DNA of 64,000 nucleotides from an uncultured Ruminococcus sp. (GCA_902801245.1 CADCHW010000001.1:9626-73625), one strand, 5' to 3'. Positions 27,843 through 37,532 are shown, counted from the stretch's first letter. The notes: generated from the sequence alone by a model not told the origin. Made by a program: numbers and translations.

Positions 27843-28445
27843 ATTTTGAATATCTTCGAGAGTTTTCTCGGCGAAATCCGAATTGTGAGTTATTGTTGCA
27901 ATCATCATTTTGTAAATCATTTCCGCATTAGATTGAAAATTTTTCTTTACAAGACGTGCCTGCTTAGAATCGGGAACGTAAAGTTGAAATGCAAAAAGGT
28001 CGTTTTCTTCACCTTTAATATGACAGTCAACCATATAGCCGTTCTTGATTTTTACAATTTCAGCAACATTTTCCGTTTCGTTGCGTTCCTGCATCAGCAG
28101 TTCCGTCACAGTTGCCATGGCACGTTCCCTCACTGTAATCGGCAGTTCGTCGCTAAGATTCATAGCAATGAGCTTGCCGCTTTTTGTTACGGTATATAAG
28201 TCTTTTTCGACATCTGATTGAATAATATTTTGTTTGTTCTGCAAATCATTAAAAGCGTCAAGTATTTCAAAATAATTGGCTGCACCGTTTTTTTGCATAG
28301 CTGTAATAACCAAATCTTTTTTGACAGGCTTATTCACACAATTAATGATGTAACAAATAAGCAGTCTGACGTTACTTCTGTTCCTTAATCCGCCCGGAAT
28401 AATTCCGGCATCGATAGCATCAAATTCCATATCCATTTTAAACAC
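27819..28445 (-). CDS. Hypothetical protein (DUF4364-like by recollection)
   Basis: 208-aa ORF; N-terminal region resembles a winged-helix/PadR-like fold; weak assignment. Confidence 0.45.
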   Translation of the reverse strand: MFKMDMEFDAIDAGIIPGGLRNRSNVRLLICYIINCVNKPVKKDLVITAMQKNGAANYFEILDAFNDLQNKQNIIQSDVEKDLYTVTKSGKLIAMNLSDELPITVRERAMATVTELLMQERNETENVAEIVKIKNGYMVDCHIKGEENDLFAFQLYVPDSKQARLVKKNFQSNAEMIYKMMIATITHNSDFAEKTLEDIQNSKKRIKR

Positions 28446-28686
28446 CGTCCCTAATAATTTTCATACTATGATTATAACACATTTTTATACTGTTTGTACA
28501 TACTTTTTAAAGATTTATTATACAATATTTATTATTGACGAATCCGAAAAAATGTGTTAAAATAAAGTCAAAGCAATTTTGTCGATTTATCGAAAAATTT
28601 CGGTAGGAAATTTAAGCAATTTTTCACAAAATAAAATCTGTCGAAATTATTCTTGAATTGACAATATTCAAGCTTTAAAGGGAGGT

Positions 28687-29124
28687 ATGAGTATGGATTA
28701 TATGCCATATGTATGGATTGCCGTTATGGTTATTATGGCAATCTTCGAGGGTGTAACAACTCAGCTTGTTTCCGTATGGTTCGTGTGCGGTGCGTTGGCT
28801 GCCGCAGTAGTCAGCTTCTTTGTGCCGGTTTTTGCGGTGCAGTTCGGAGTGTTCGTGGGTGTGTCGCTGCTTTTGCTTTTGGTGACGAAACCGCTTGTCA
28901 AAAAGGCGAGAGAGGTCAAACCCGAACCGACAAACGCTGACAGAAACATAGGTAAAATCGCAGTCGTTACACAGGAAATCAACAACACCGCCGGCACGGG
29001 TCAAGTGAAGCTCGGCGGAAATACGTGGACAGCCCGAACGGTAAACGATGAAGTTATTCCTGAGGGTGCGGAGGTTACGGTCAAAGAAATAAGCGGTGTA
29101 AAGCTTATGGTTGCTTTGGCTTAA
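28687..29124 (+). CDS. NfeD-family membrane protein
   Basis: Hydrophobic N-half plus C-terminal OB-like GQVKLGGNTWTAR; precedes the SPFH gene as usual (alternative start 28693). Confidence 0.8.
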   Translation: MSMDYMPYVWIAVMVIMAIFEGVTTQLVSVWFVCGALAAAVVSFFVPVFAVQFGVFVGVSLLLLLVTKPLVKKAREVKPEPTNADRNIGKIAVVTQEINNTAGTGQVKLGGNTWTARTVNDEVIPEGAEVTVKEISGVKLMVALA

Positions 29125-29154
29125 AATGATTTGTTTGGAAGGAGATATTTTATT

Positions 29155-30051
29155 ATGCCCGGATTTTTGATTTTTTTAGGAATTATAGTATTTATTGTTT
29201 TGATTATTGTTATTTCAAATGTTAAGGTTGTGCCTCAGGCTAATGCTTATGTCATTGAAAAGCTTGGTGCATACAGTGCGACATGGTCAACGGGACTTCA
29301 CGTTAAAGTACCGTTTATTGACAGAATTGCCAGAAAAGTTTCTTTGAAAGAGCAGGTTGTGGATTTCCCTCCTCAGCAGGTTATTACAAAGGATAATGTA
29401 ACTATGCAGATTGATACGGTTGTGTATTTCCAGATTACCGACCCGAAATTGTATACCTACGGTGTAGAGCGTCCTATTTCGGCTATCGAGAACCTTACTG
29501 CGACTACGCTCCGTAATATTGTAGGTGAGCTTGAACTTGACCACACTCTTACATCTCGTGACCTTATCAACAACAAAATCAAGATTATTCTTGACGAAGC
29601 TACTGACGCTTGGGGCATTAAGGTAAACCGTGTTGAGCTTAAGAACATTCTTCCGCCAAGAGAAATTCAAGATGCCATGGAGAAGCAGATGAAAGCCGAG
29701 CGTGAACGCCGTGCGAGAATTCTCGATGCAGAGGGCGAAAAGCAGGGGCAAATCCTTGTTGCACAGGGTCATAAGGAAGCCGCTATTCTTCAAGCCGATG
29801 CTATCAAGGAGTCTAAGGTCAGGGAAGCACAAGGTGAAGCCGAAGCTATCCTTACGGTTCAGAAAGCGTATGCCGACGCTCTCAGAATGCTTAACGAAGC
29901 AGCTCCGACTGATAGGGTTATCCAGCTTAAGAGCCTTGAAACCTTTGAAAAGGTTGCCGACGGTAAATCTACAAAGATTATTATCCCCTCGGAGATACAG
30001 AATTTGGCAGGTTTGGTAACGTCTATTAAAGAAGTTGCCGATACAAAATAA
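29155..30051 (+). CDS. SPFH/band-7 (stomatin/QmcA-like) membrane protein
   Basis: Start at MPGFLIF after GGAAGGAG; N-terminal TM; SPFH core and coiled-coil A/E/Q-rich C-terminus. Confidence 0.88.
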   Translation: MPGFLIFLGIIVFIVLIIVISNVKVVPQANAYVIEKLGAYSATWSTGLHVKVPFIDRIARKVSLKEQVVDFPPQQVITKDNVTMQIDTVVYFQITDPKLYTYGVERPISAIENLTATTLRNIVGELELDHTLTSRDLINNKIKIILDEATDAWGIKVNRVELKNILPPREIQDAMEKQMKAERERRARILDAEGEKQGQILVAQGHKEAAILQADAIKESKVREAQGEAEAILTVQKAYADALRMLNEAAPTDRVIQLKSLETFEKVADGKSTKIIIPSEIQNLAGLVTSIKEVADTK

Positions 30052-30259
30052 TCTTAAAATCTATTCTTTTACAGTCCTCGTACTATTCGTATGGGGACTG
30101 TTGTTACAAAATTTGTTATTTTTGCAGAAAATAGGTCTTGAAATAATTTGTTATTTGATGTAATAATTTTTCAACAAAATATTGACTAATCAGATAAATT
30201 TTGATAAAATATTTATTGGTATTAAAATTACAGTAAATAACAAGTTAAGGATTAGGATT

Positions 30260-31516
30260 ATGAAAAAACTTTTATCTGCAATACTTTCGTTTTCAATTTT
30301 ATCAACGGCTGTTCTCAGCGGCTGTATGGAGCAATTCATAGTTAAAGACACAAACTCGCCGGATGATGAATCGGTTGTTTCGGAGGATACTCTCGAAGAG
30401 GGTGAAGTTGAATTTCATCACGAAGAGAATCCCGAAATTACCGAGGTCGATGATAATGTTCCCTCAACCTCAAATCTTACGCAGAGCGAAATCGATATGA
30501 TAGTTAAAAATGCCGATGACGTTCTGGCTCAGTACCCCGATTTTTCGGGAACGGTTCTTTTGTCCTCGGGCAATAAGATTATTTATGAAAAGTCCTACGG
30601 CAAGACGGGCAAGGGGTCGGATAAAAACAAAAATGATACATATTATCAAATCGGTTCTGTAACGAAACAGTTCACAGGCACAGCAATTTTACTTCTCGAA
30701 CGGGACGGCTTGCTCACCACTTCCGAAACGATTGACAAGTTTTTCCCCGAGTATAAAAAATATGATTGGGTTAAATCCGTCACGGTTGAACATTTGCTTC
30801 AAATGACGGAGGGTATGACGGATTATATGGAGCTTATCGAGGGCAATCAGGAGCTTCTTGACGGCTACCTTAAAGCGGCTAAAAAGTCCGAGGAGGAGGC
30901 TCAGAAGTTCATTGTCAAAACAATTTTCGACGCAGGTATTTCCGTTACTCCCGGCACAACCTACAGATATTCCAATTCCGCATATTATCTTCTCGGTATG
31001 ATTATCGAACAACTCAGCGGAATGTCGTACAGAGATTATCTTCAGGAAAATTTATTTGATATGGCAGGTATGAAAGATACATATTTTGTCGGCGATGGTA
31101 TGGATTATCAAATCGGTTATTCGTTTGCACAGGAGAAATATGTTTGCGAAAAGAACGATAAATACTTAGCTGCCGAGGGTGATTATCCTTATTTGTTTTC
31201 GGCAGGCTCGGTTGTTTCGACTGCGGAAGATGTCAACAAGTGGCTTGATGTTGTTGTTTCGGACGAGCTTTTCACGGCTTCCGACCGCAAGAAAATCGAA
31301 AAGTCCCTTATGCTTTACAACTACGGCTGGAATACATCGGATAATATGTGGCATCACAGCGGCAGAACCTATCTTTATTCTTCTCAGGTTTATGCCGATT
31401 ACCATACCGATACAAAAATGGTTATTCTTACAAATATTGCTTTTTACGATACACTTAATCAGATTTCATTAAGCGTTTATATGCCGCTGATGTCTGCGGC
31501 GAAAACTAAAAAGTAA
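30260..31516 (+). CDS. Lipoprotein serine hydrolase of the beta-lactamase/PBP4* family
   Basis: Lipobox LSGC; SxxK motif GSVTKQF; YSNSAY (YxN). Confidence 0.8.
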   Translation: MKKLLSAILSFSILSTAVLSGCMEQFIVKDTNSPDDESVVSEDTLEEGEVEFHHEENPEITEVDDNVPSTSNLTQSEIDMIVKNADDVLAQYPDFSGTVLLSSGNKIIYEKSYGKTGKGSDKNKNDTYYQIGSVTKQFTGTAILLLERDGLLTTSETIDKFFPEYKKYDWVKSVTVEHLLQMTEGMTDYMELIEGNQELLDGYLKAAKKSEEEAQKFIVKTIFDAGISVTPGTTYRYSNSAYYLLGMIIEQLSGMSYRDYLQENLFDMAGMKDTYFVGDGMDYQIGYSFAQEKYVCEKNDKYLAAEGDYPYLFSAGSVVSTAEDVNKWLDVVVSDELFTASDRKKIEKSLMLYNYGWNTSDNMWHHSGRTYLYSSQVYADYHTDTKMVILTNIAFYDTLNQISLSVYMPLMSAAKTKK

Positions 31517-31534
31517 TGATAAATAAAATTATTT

Positions 31535-31568
31535 CCGCAAAAGTAAAAACGCTTTTGCGGTTTTTTTT
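31535..31568 (+). terminator. Rho-independent terminator
   Basis: CCGCAAAAG...CTTTTGCGG stem followed by T8. Confidence 0.8.
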
Positions 31569-31620
31569 AACACGTGAAGATAGTTCTTCTGTAACGTAAC
31601 TTCACGAACCCGACCGATAG
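31569..31620. repeat. Family B palindromic repeat, isolated left arm (B1a)
   Basis: AACACGTGAAGATAGTTCTT...CTTCACGAACCCGACCGATAG, near-identical to 31787-31840. Confidence 0.8.
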
Positions 31621-31786
31621 AATGTTTAATGAGGTAGTTTTAGATTACTCTATTATAATTTGATTGTAAAAGTAATTTTAAATACAAAAAGTATTGCTAA
31701 CAAATAAAAATTTGTTGTCGAGCGGCGATGTGCAATATGTGAAGCAGCTTTTTTTCTTTTAGCTTTATGAATCCCACCGTTTTTTT

Positions 31787-31925
31787 AACACGTGAAGATA
31801 GTTCTTTTGTAATATAACTTCATGAGCCCGACCGATACTTTATTGTTACAGCGATTTTCGGTCGGGTGCGTGAAGTTATTTCTTAAAAAGACTATCTTCA
31901 CGTGTTTCCAGCGGACGTTGTCCGC
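31787..31925 (+). repeat. Family B palindromic repeat, full copy (B1b) with terminal hairpin
   Basis: CACGTGAAGATAG...CCCGACCGA / TCGGTCGGG...CTATCTTCACGTG long imperfect palindrome, then TTTCCA and hairpin GCGGACGTTGTCCGC. Confidence 0.85.
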
Positions 31926-31938
31926 CGTTACCCGCCGC

Positions 31939-31967
31939 TTGACAATTTTTTAAAATAGTGGTACAAT
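31939..31967 (+). promoter_or_regulatory. Sigma-A promoter of zur-znuCB
   Basis: TTGACA, 17 nt spacer, TACAAT. Confidence 0.65.
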
Positions 31968-31976
31968 ATATAAAAA

Positions 31977-31991
31977 TGAAAACCGTTTTCA
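31977..31991 (+). promoter_or_regulatory. Candidate Zur/Fur-family operator (7-1-7 perfect palindrome)
   Basis: TGAAAAC-C-GTTTTCA, 9 nt downstream of the -10 and in front of the Fur-family gene. Confidence 0.5.
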
Positions 31992-32013
31992 AATTAAATC
32001 GGCGGAGGTAAGT

Positions 32014-32433
32014 ATGCAGGAGTATAAAACCAAACAAAAAGAAATTTTGCTTGAATGTTTGACCGAAAATAAAAATGTTCACCTTACAGCAAACGAAATT
32101 TCACAAAAGCTTAGGGATAAGGGGCATTCATTGGGAATGTCAACCGTTTATCGTCAGCTTGATAAGCTCGTCGCAAACGGTCTTGTACGGAAGTATATTA
32201 TTGACGAAAATTCTCCGGCTTGCTATCAGTATGTAGATACATCGGGCGAGTGCTGCGAGCATTTTCATTTGAAATGTAATGTCTGCGGCAAATTGATTCA
32301 CACCGATTGCAGCCTTATGAAAAAAATTGCGGAGCATATGAAAGAAAGCCACGGCTTCACCGTTGACAGCACAAAAACCCTGCTTTACGGAATCTGCCGT
32401 GACTGCTCCCAAAATATCAACAGTTCTGATTAA
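32014..32433 (+). CDS. zur: Fur-family metalloregulator, probably Zur
   Basis: Winged-helix N-domain; HFH and CxxC...CxxC metal sites; heads a zinc-type ABC operon. Confidence 0.8.
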   Translation: MQEYKTKQKEILLECLTENKNVHLTANEISQKLRDKGHSLGMSTVYRQLDKLVANGLVRKYIIDENSPACYQYVDTSGECCEHFHLKCNVCGKLIHTDCSLMKKIAEHMKESHGFTVDSTKTLLYGICRDCSQNINSSD

Positions 32434-32445
32434 ACGGAGGACAAT

Positions 32446-33147
32446 ATGGCAATTTTAAAATGCAATGACGTTACTATGAGCTATGAGGGTGTGAATGTTT
32501 TTGAACATCTGAGCTTCTCTTTAAATAAAGGCGATTACCTGTGTATTCTCGGTGAAAACGGCTCTGGTAAATCTACCTTGATGAAAGGTTTGCTCGGTCT
32601 TCTCAAGCCTACAGGCGGAAAAATCGAGTACTCCGACGGACTTGTTCAAAAGGAGATAGGCTACCTGCCCCAGCAGTCCGCCGTACAGCGTGATTTCCCT
32701 GCCTCGGTGTATGAAGTCGTCTTGTCGGGAACGCTCAACAGCAGAGGTCTTAAGCCGTTCTACGGACATAAGGAAAAAGAGCTTGCAAATAAAAATCTGG
32801 AAAGACTTTCAATTACTCACCTGAAAAAGAAATGTTACCGTGAGCTTTCGGGCGGTCAACAGCAGAGGGTTCTTCTTGCAAGGGCTTTGTGTGCCACGAA
32901 GTCGCTCCTTTTGCTTGACGAGCCTGTGACAGGTCTTGACCCCCTTGTGTCGGCGGAGTTTTACGAACTGATAAGAGATATTAATAAAAATGATAATATT
33001 ACCGTTATTATGGTATCTCACGATGTAAAAGAGTCTGTCGAAAATGCTTCACATATTCTTCATCTCGAAAATAAAACCTGCTATTTCGGTACGGTGAACG
33101 ATTACCTTTCAAGCAGTATTTCAAATCAGTTTATCGGAAGTTATTAA
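32446..33147 (+). CDS. znuC: Metal (zinc-type) ABC transporter ATP-binding protein
   Basis: Walker A GENGSGKST, signature LSGGQQQR, Walker B LLLDEP. Confidence 0.85.
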   Translation: MAILKCNDVTMSYEGVNVFEHLSFSLNKGDYLCILGENGSGKSTLMKGLLGLLKPTGGKIEYSDGLVQKEIGYLPQQSAVQRDFPASVYEVVLSGTLNSRGLKPFYGHKEKELANKNLERLSITHLKKKCYRELSGGQQQRVLLARALCATKSLLLLDEPVTGLDPLVSAEFYELIRDINKNDNITVIMVSHDVKESVENASHILHLENKTCYFGTVNDYLSSSISNQFIGSY

Positions 33148-33161
33148 TAGTCGGAGGTATT

Positions 33162-33986
33162 ATGGAATATTCAATAAGTGAAATTTTATCGTTTACATTT
33201 ATGCAAAGGGCATTGATAGTCGGAGTTCCCGTGGCACTTTGTGCGGCTTTGCTGGGTGTCAGTTTGATTTTAAAACGATACTCAATGATAGGCGACGGAC
33301 TTTCCCACGTCGGTTTCGGTGCGTTGGCACTTGCTGCGGCAATGAACCTTGCCCCTTTGAGGGTCGCAATTCCCGTAGTTATCGTGGCGGCGTTTCTTCT
33401 TCTGCGAATCAGCGAGAACAGCAAAATCAACGGTGACGGTGCTATTGCGATTGTTTCAAGCAGTGCATTGGCAATCGGCATTGTCGTGACAAGTGCTTCG
33501 GGCGGATTGAATACCGATTTGTACAGTTATCTTTTCGGAAGTATACTTGCATTGTCACACGATGATGTTGTGTTGAGCTTGGTACTTTGTGCGGTTGTGC
33601 TGTTTTTGTACATATTTTTTTACAATAAGATTTTCTCCGTTACGTTTGATGAAAATTTCTCACTTGCAACAGGCACTAACGCAAAAGTTTACAATACCAT
33701 AATTTCTCTTTTAACGGCTCTCACTGTTGTTCTGGGTATGCAGATTATGGGAACTCTGCTGATTTCGAGCCTTATTATTTTCCCCGGACTTACCGCAATG
33801 AGGGTGTTTAAAAGCTATAAAGCGGTGGTTATCTCCTCGGCGGTTCAGTCCGTTATATGCGTTGCGGTGGGATTGTTTGTGAGCTTCTATGCGGAAACTG
33901 CCACGGGTGCGACCGTTGTGTGCATAAACCTTGCATTCTTTATAGTTTTCGGTATTATCGGATTTTTCAGAACAATAAAGAAATAA
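33162..33986 (+). CDS. znuB: Metal (zinc-type) ABC transporter permease
   Basis: 274 aa, about 8 TMs, ABC-3 family composition; follows znuC. Confidence 0.8.
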   Translation: MEYSISEILSFTFMQRALIVGVPVALCAALLGVSLILKRYSMIGDGLSHVGFGALALAAAMNLAPLRVAIPVVIVAAFLLLRISENSKINGDGAIAIVSSSALAIGIVVTSASGGLNTDLYSYLFGSILALSHDDVVLSLVLCAVVLFLYIFFYNKIFSVTFDENFSLATGTNAKVYNTIISLLTALTVVLGMQIMGTLLISSLIIFPGLTAMRVFKSYKAVVISSAVQSVICVAVGLFVSFYAETATGATVVCINLAFFIVFGIIGFFRTIKK

Positions 33987-34127
33987 CAAAAATTCCTCCT
34001 GTTGATTACATTTACAGACGTAAATCAACACGAGGAAATTTTATTTTGATATCCGATTTTAAAAAATTTTATCAAAATAGGTTGACAAAAAAATCTTTAC
34101 GATTTATACTAATTTAGGTTCATAAAA

Positions 34128-34373
34128 TCAGTGTGCATTTGCAAGGAAAGGCTTAATGTCGTTAAGAAGATTCTTGTCGTCGTCGGGGAGATTAGCCGTA
34201 AAAACAGCCTCGTTTTCGCTGTCAACAATGCTGAGAACACCAACTATTGAATGTGCGTCAATTTCATAGTTGTCGATTCTGATACGCATCGAAACGCCGT
34301 CATACTTGTTTGTAACGTTTACAAAGCTTTTTGCGTCTTCAAGAGAAGATATGTTAATTGCTTGTGTGAACAT
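34128..34373 (-). CDS. HPr-fold protein lacking the His15 phosphorylation site
   Basis: 81 aa; DAHSIVGVLSI aligns with the HPr KSIMGVMSLG region; the GIHARPA region is replaced by LEDAKSF. Confidence 0.45.
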   Translation of the reverse strand: MFTQAINISSLEDAKSFVNVTNKYDGVSMRIRIDNYEIDAHSIVGVLSIVDSENEAVFTANLPDDDKNLLNDIKPFLANAH

Positions 34374-34602
34374 AGTTTGACCTCCAAAATGAAAAATGCT
34401 GTGAGTTGTTTTAACTACCTTTATATCTTATCACTTTTTTGAAAAATGTCAACGGATTTTTCGCCAAAAAATTACTGAATTTTTTGTTTGCTATTCATAA
34501 GAAAAATGTAGAATTTTTATATAAAATCTGAATGGTTACATAAATTAACTGTTTTGTGTAACAAAATTTGTAATAAATATATTAATAACGGGAGTGGTTT
34601 AA

Positions 34603-35892
34603 ATGAATTTTTCTGTTTATAATTTCGGCTGCAAGGTTAATCAGTATGAATCTCAAGTTATGACGGAGCTTATGATAAGCCGTGGATATGAATATACGGA
34701 GAATAAAGAAAACGCAGATATTATGATTATAAATTCCTGCACAGTTACAGCTGTTTCCGATAATAAAGTAATGAAGCTTATAAGACATTTAAGACGTAAT
34801 AAAGAGGATAGTATTATTGTCCTTACGGGCTGTATGCCGCAGGCATATCCGAACCTTAAAGAAGAGTTTGAGCAGGTGGATATTGTTCTCGGAAACTCTA
34901 TGAGAAGCGAGCTTCCCGACGAGATTGAAAAATATCTTATTAACCGTGAACAAATAATCAATATACATAAATATACTAAAAACAGCGATTTTGAGCTTGT
35001 ATCCGTTTCAAACTTTGAGGAAAGAACCAGAGCATTCATTAAAATTGAGGACGGCTGCAATCGCTACTGTTCATATTGTATAATACCTTACGCAAGAGGT
35101 CCGGTGCGTTCAAAGCCTATTGATGTTTTAAAGAGAGAACTACAGCATATGGCAAATCACGGCTATAAGGAGATTGTTTTGGTGGGGATAAACCTTTCGG
35201 CTTACGGTCAAGAGTTGGGCTTACACCTTTGCGATGCGGTAGAGTGTGCGTGTTCGATTGACGGTGTGGAGCGTGTTCGGCTGGGTTCGCTCGAACCCGA
35301 GAGAATGGACAGAGAATCTATTGAAAGACTGTCGAAGCTTGAAAAGTTCTGTCCGCAGTTTCACCTTTCTTTGCAAAGCGGCTGTGACGCTACACTAAAG
35401 CGTATGAACCGACATTACACCACGGAAGAGTACAGAAAGATTGTCGCCGATTTGAGAGCCGCCTTTGACAATTGCTCGATTACGACTGATGTTATGGTCG
35501 GTTTTGCGGGCGAAACAGAAGAGGAGTTCGGGCAGTCGGTTGAATTTGTGAAAGAAATTGCATTTGCGAAAGCACATGTGTTTCCATATTCGCAAAGAGA
35601 GGGTACTATAGCCGCAAAAGCTCCGAATCAGCTTGATAACTCCGTGAAGTCCAAGAGAAGCAAGATTATGATTGAAGCAGCAACTTCAACAAGAAAAGCG
35701 TTTCTTGAAAGTCAAACGGGACGTTCCGAGGCGGTGCTTTTTGAACAGACCGACAAGAACGGCTTGTGGGAGGGGTACACCAAAAACTACACTCCGGTGA
35801 AAATTAAGTCGGATAAACCTTTAAACGGTATGATACTAAATGTAAAATTATGTGCTGTAAAGGGCGATTTCTGTATCGGAGAGGTTGAATAA
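34603..35892 (+). CDS. mtaB: Radical-SAM tRNA methylthiotransferase, MtaB-like
   Basis: N-terminal MTTase Cys triad region; CNRYCSYC radical-SAM motif; C-terminal TRAM; 429 aa. Confidence 0.8.
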   Translation: MNFSVYNFGCKVNQYESQVMTELMISRGYEYTENKENADIMIINSCTVTAVSDNKVMKLIRHLRRNKEDSIIVLTGCMPQAYPNLKEEFEQVDIVLGNSMRSELPDEIEKYLINREQIINIHKYTKNSDFELVSVSNFEERTRAFIKIEDGCNRYCSYCIIPYARGPVRSKPIDVLKRELQHMANHGYKEIVLVGINLSAYGQELGLHLCDAVECACSIDGVERVRLGSLEPERMDRESIERLSKLEKFCPQFHLSLQSGCDATLKRMNRHYTTEEYRKIVADLRAAFDNCSITTDVMVGFAGETEEEFGQSVEFVKEIAFAKAHVFPYSQREGTIAAKAPNQLDNSVKSKRSKIMIEAATSTRKAFLESQTGRSEAVLFEQTDKNGLWEGYTKNYTPVKIKSDKPLNGMILNVKLCAVKGDFCIGEVE

Positions 35893-36098
35893 ATCGATTT
35901 TTTAAAGAAATTCTTAAAGTATATTAATATGTTATTCATAAAGATAGTATAAAATAAGACTTGCTTGATGAAAGTATATTTTGAGTTTTTAAAATTCGGA
36001 ATAATTATTGTGTCCCTTGTTTTTGGATATCCGATAATATTTTATGTCGGATATAATAAAGTACGTGATACGTACATTTAAGAAAGGATTTTATATTA

Positions 36099-37220
36099 AT
36101 GGATAATTTTAAGAAGGCAGTCGCAGTTTTGTTGGCTGCGTCAAGCGTTGCAACCTATGCAATTACAGCAAGTGCGAGTGACTTTGAAAAAGGTGACGTT
36201 AATAGAGATGGTTCAGTCAATGCCTATGATGCTTTGCTTGCTTTGCGTTATTCCGTAAGAATAGGTGAACTTGACAACGAACAGCTGGAGCTTGCCGATT
36301 TCGACCAAGACGGCATAGTAACCGCCAATGATTCACTCGGAATCTTAAGACACAGCATCGGTCTTGACAAAGAATATGACGAAACATTGGAAACTCCAAG
36401 CGAAATTGATGTTTCCGATATAGAGCTGACAGACCTCGTTACCGAGCCTGCCGCTATCGAATATCCCGAAACCGCAGAAGAAATCACAACAAGAACTCAG
36501 GTTGCGGAAATGAAAGGCTGGGCTCCGCAGGACGTTATTAATAAGGTAGGACCTTTGTTCACCGCAGACCAGAAGAAAACAGGCATTCTTGCTTCCGTGT
36601 CTTTGGCACAGTTTATTGTTGAATCGGGTTACGGTCAGTCAAGACTTTCACTCGAAGCTAACAACTGCTTTGGTATTAAGGGCTATCCGGGTCAAAGTAC
36701 ATGGTACGGTTCTGCTTGGGACGGTGTTTCAGTTTACAATATCAACACAAATGAGCAGACAGCAGACGGCAGTACATATGTTGTTTATGACAGTTTCAGA
36801 ATGTATGATTGTATGGAGGACAGTATCGAAGACCATTCGGCTTATCTGCGTACATCTATGAACGGCAGCAAGCTCCGCTATGAGGGCATTATCGGCTGCA
36901 CAGACTACAGAACGGCAGCTCAGATTATCAAGAACGGCGGATATGCAACAGCTGTTAATTACGTTGACGTTATCTGCTCCGTTATCGAAAGATGGGATTT
37001 GACACAGTACGACCTTCAAGAGGACGGCACAGCTCCTGCACCTGTACAAACTGTTACATCAACTTCATCAAACGAAAAAATATTGTACAGAGTTCGTACA
37101 AGCTGGGATAACTGGCAGTCACAGATTGGTGCATATTATGTTTTGGATAATGCCAAGGCAGCTGTAGACCAAAACCCCGGTTACCATGCTTATGACGAAG
37201 ACGGTAACGTTGTCTACTAA
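36099..37220 (+). CDS. Secreted dockerin-containing GH73-type N-acetylglucosaminidase (peptidoglycan hydrolase)
   Basis: Signal peptide; dockerin repeats GDVNRDGSVNAYDALLALR and DFDQDGIVTANDSLGILR; glucosaminidase core SLAQFIVESGYGQS...NNCFGIKG. Confidence 0.8.
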   Translation: MDNFKKAVAVLLAASSVATYAITASASDFEKGDVNRDGSVNAYDALLALRYSVRIGELDNEQLELADFDQDGIVTANDSLGILRHSIGLDKEYDETLETPSEIDVSDIELTDLVTEPAAIEYPETAEEITTRTQVAEMKGWAPQDVINKVGPLFTADQKKTGILASVSLAQFIVESGYGQSRLSLEANNCFGIKGYPGQSTWYGSAWDGVSVYNINTNEQTADGSTYVVYDSFRMYDCMEDSIEDHSAYLRTSMNGSKLRYEGIIGCTDYRTAAQIIKNGGYATAVNYVDVICSVIERWDLTQYDLQEDGTAPAPVQTVTSTSSNEKILYRVRTSWDNWQSQIGAYYVLDNAKAAVDQNPGYHAYDEDGNVVY

Positions 37221-37256
37221 GATATAGATACCTTCTACATATTTATAAATAAAATC

Positions 37257-37290
37257 AAACCGCAGAGAGTATAAATCTTTGCGGTTTTTT
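37257..37290 (+). terminator. Rho-independent terminator
   Basis: AAACCGCAGAG...CTTTGCGGTTT stem followed by TTTTT. Confidence 0.75.
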
Positions 37291-37349
37291 CATTTTACAA
37301 TATATCATAAAACACCCAATAAACACACTCTCTTGAATTTTGGAGTTTT

Positions 37350-37394
37350 ATGGCAAAAAGAAAAACGGCAAAAACATAAAGCTTAAGCCGTTTT
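37350..37394 (-). terminator. Terminator after tRNA-Thr
   Basis: On the minus strand, AAAACGGC...GCCGTTTT followed by TCTTTTT. Confidence 0.6.
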
Positions 37395-37397
37395 CAT

Positions 37398-37473
<76 letters not shown>

Positions 37474-37487
37474 AATCAACAATGAAT

Positions 37488-37516
37488 ATTATACTATAAA
37501 TTTTTGGCTTTGTCAA
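37488..37516 (-). promoter_or_regulatory. Consensus sigma-A promoter of tRNA-Thr
   Basis: Minus strand TTGACA, 17 nt spacer, TATAAT, about 15 nt upstream of the tRNA 5' end. Confidence 0.7.
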
Positions 37517-37532
37517 GCGTATTTTTAAAATT

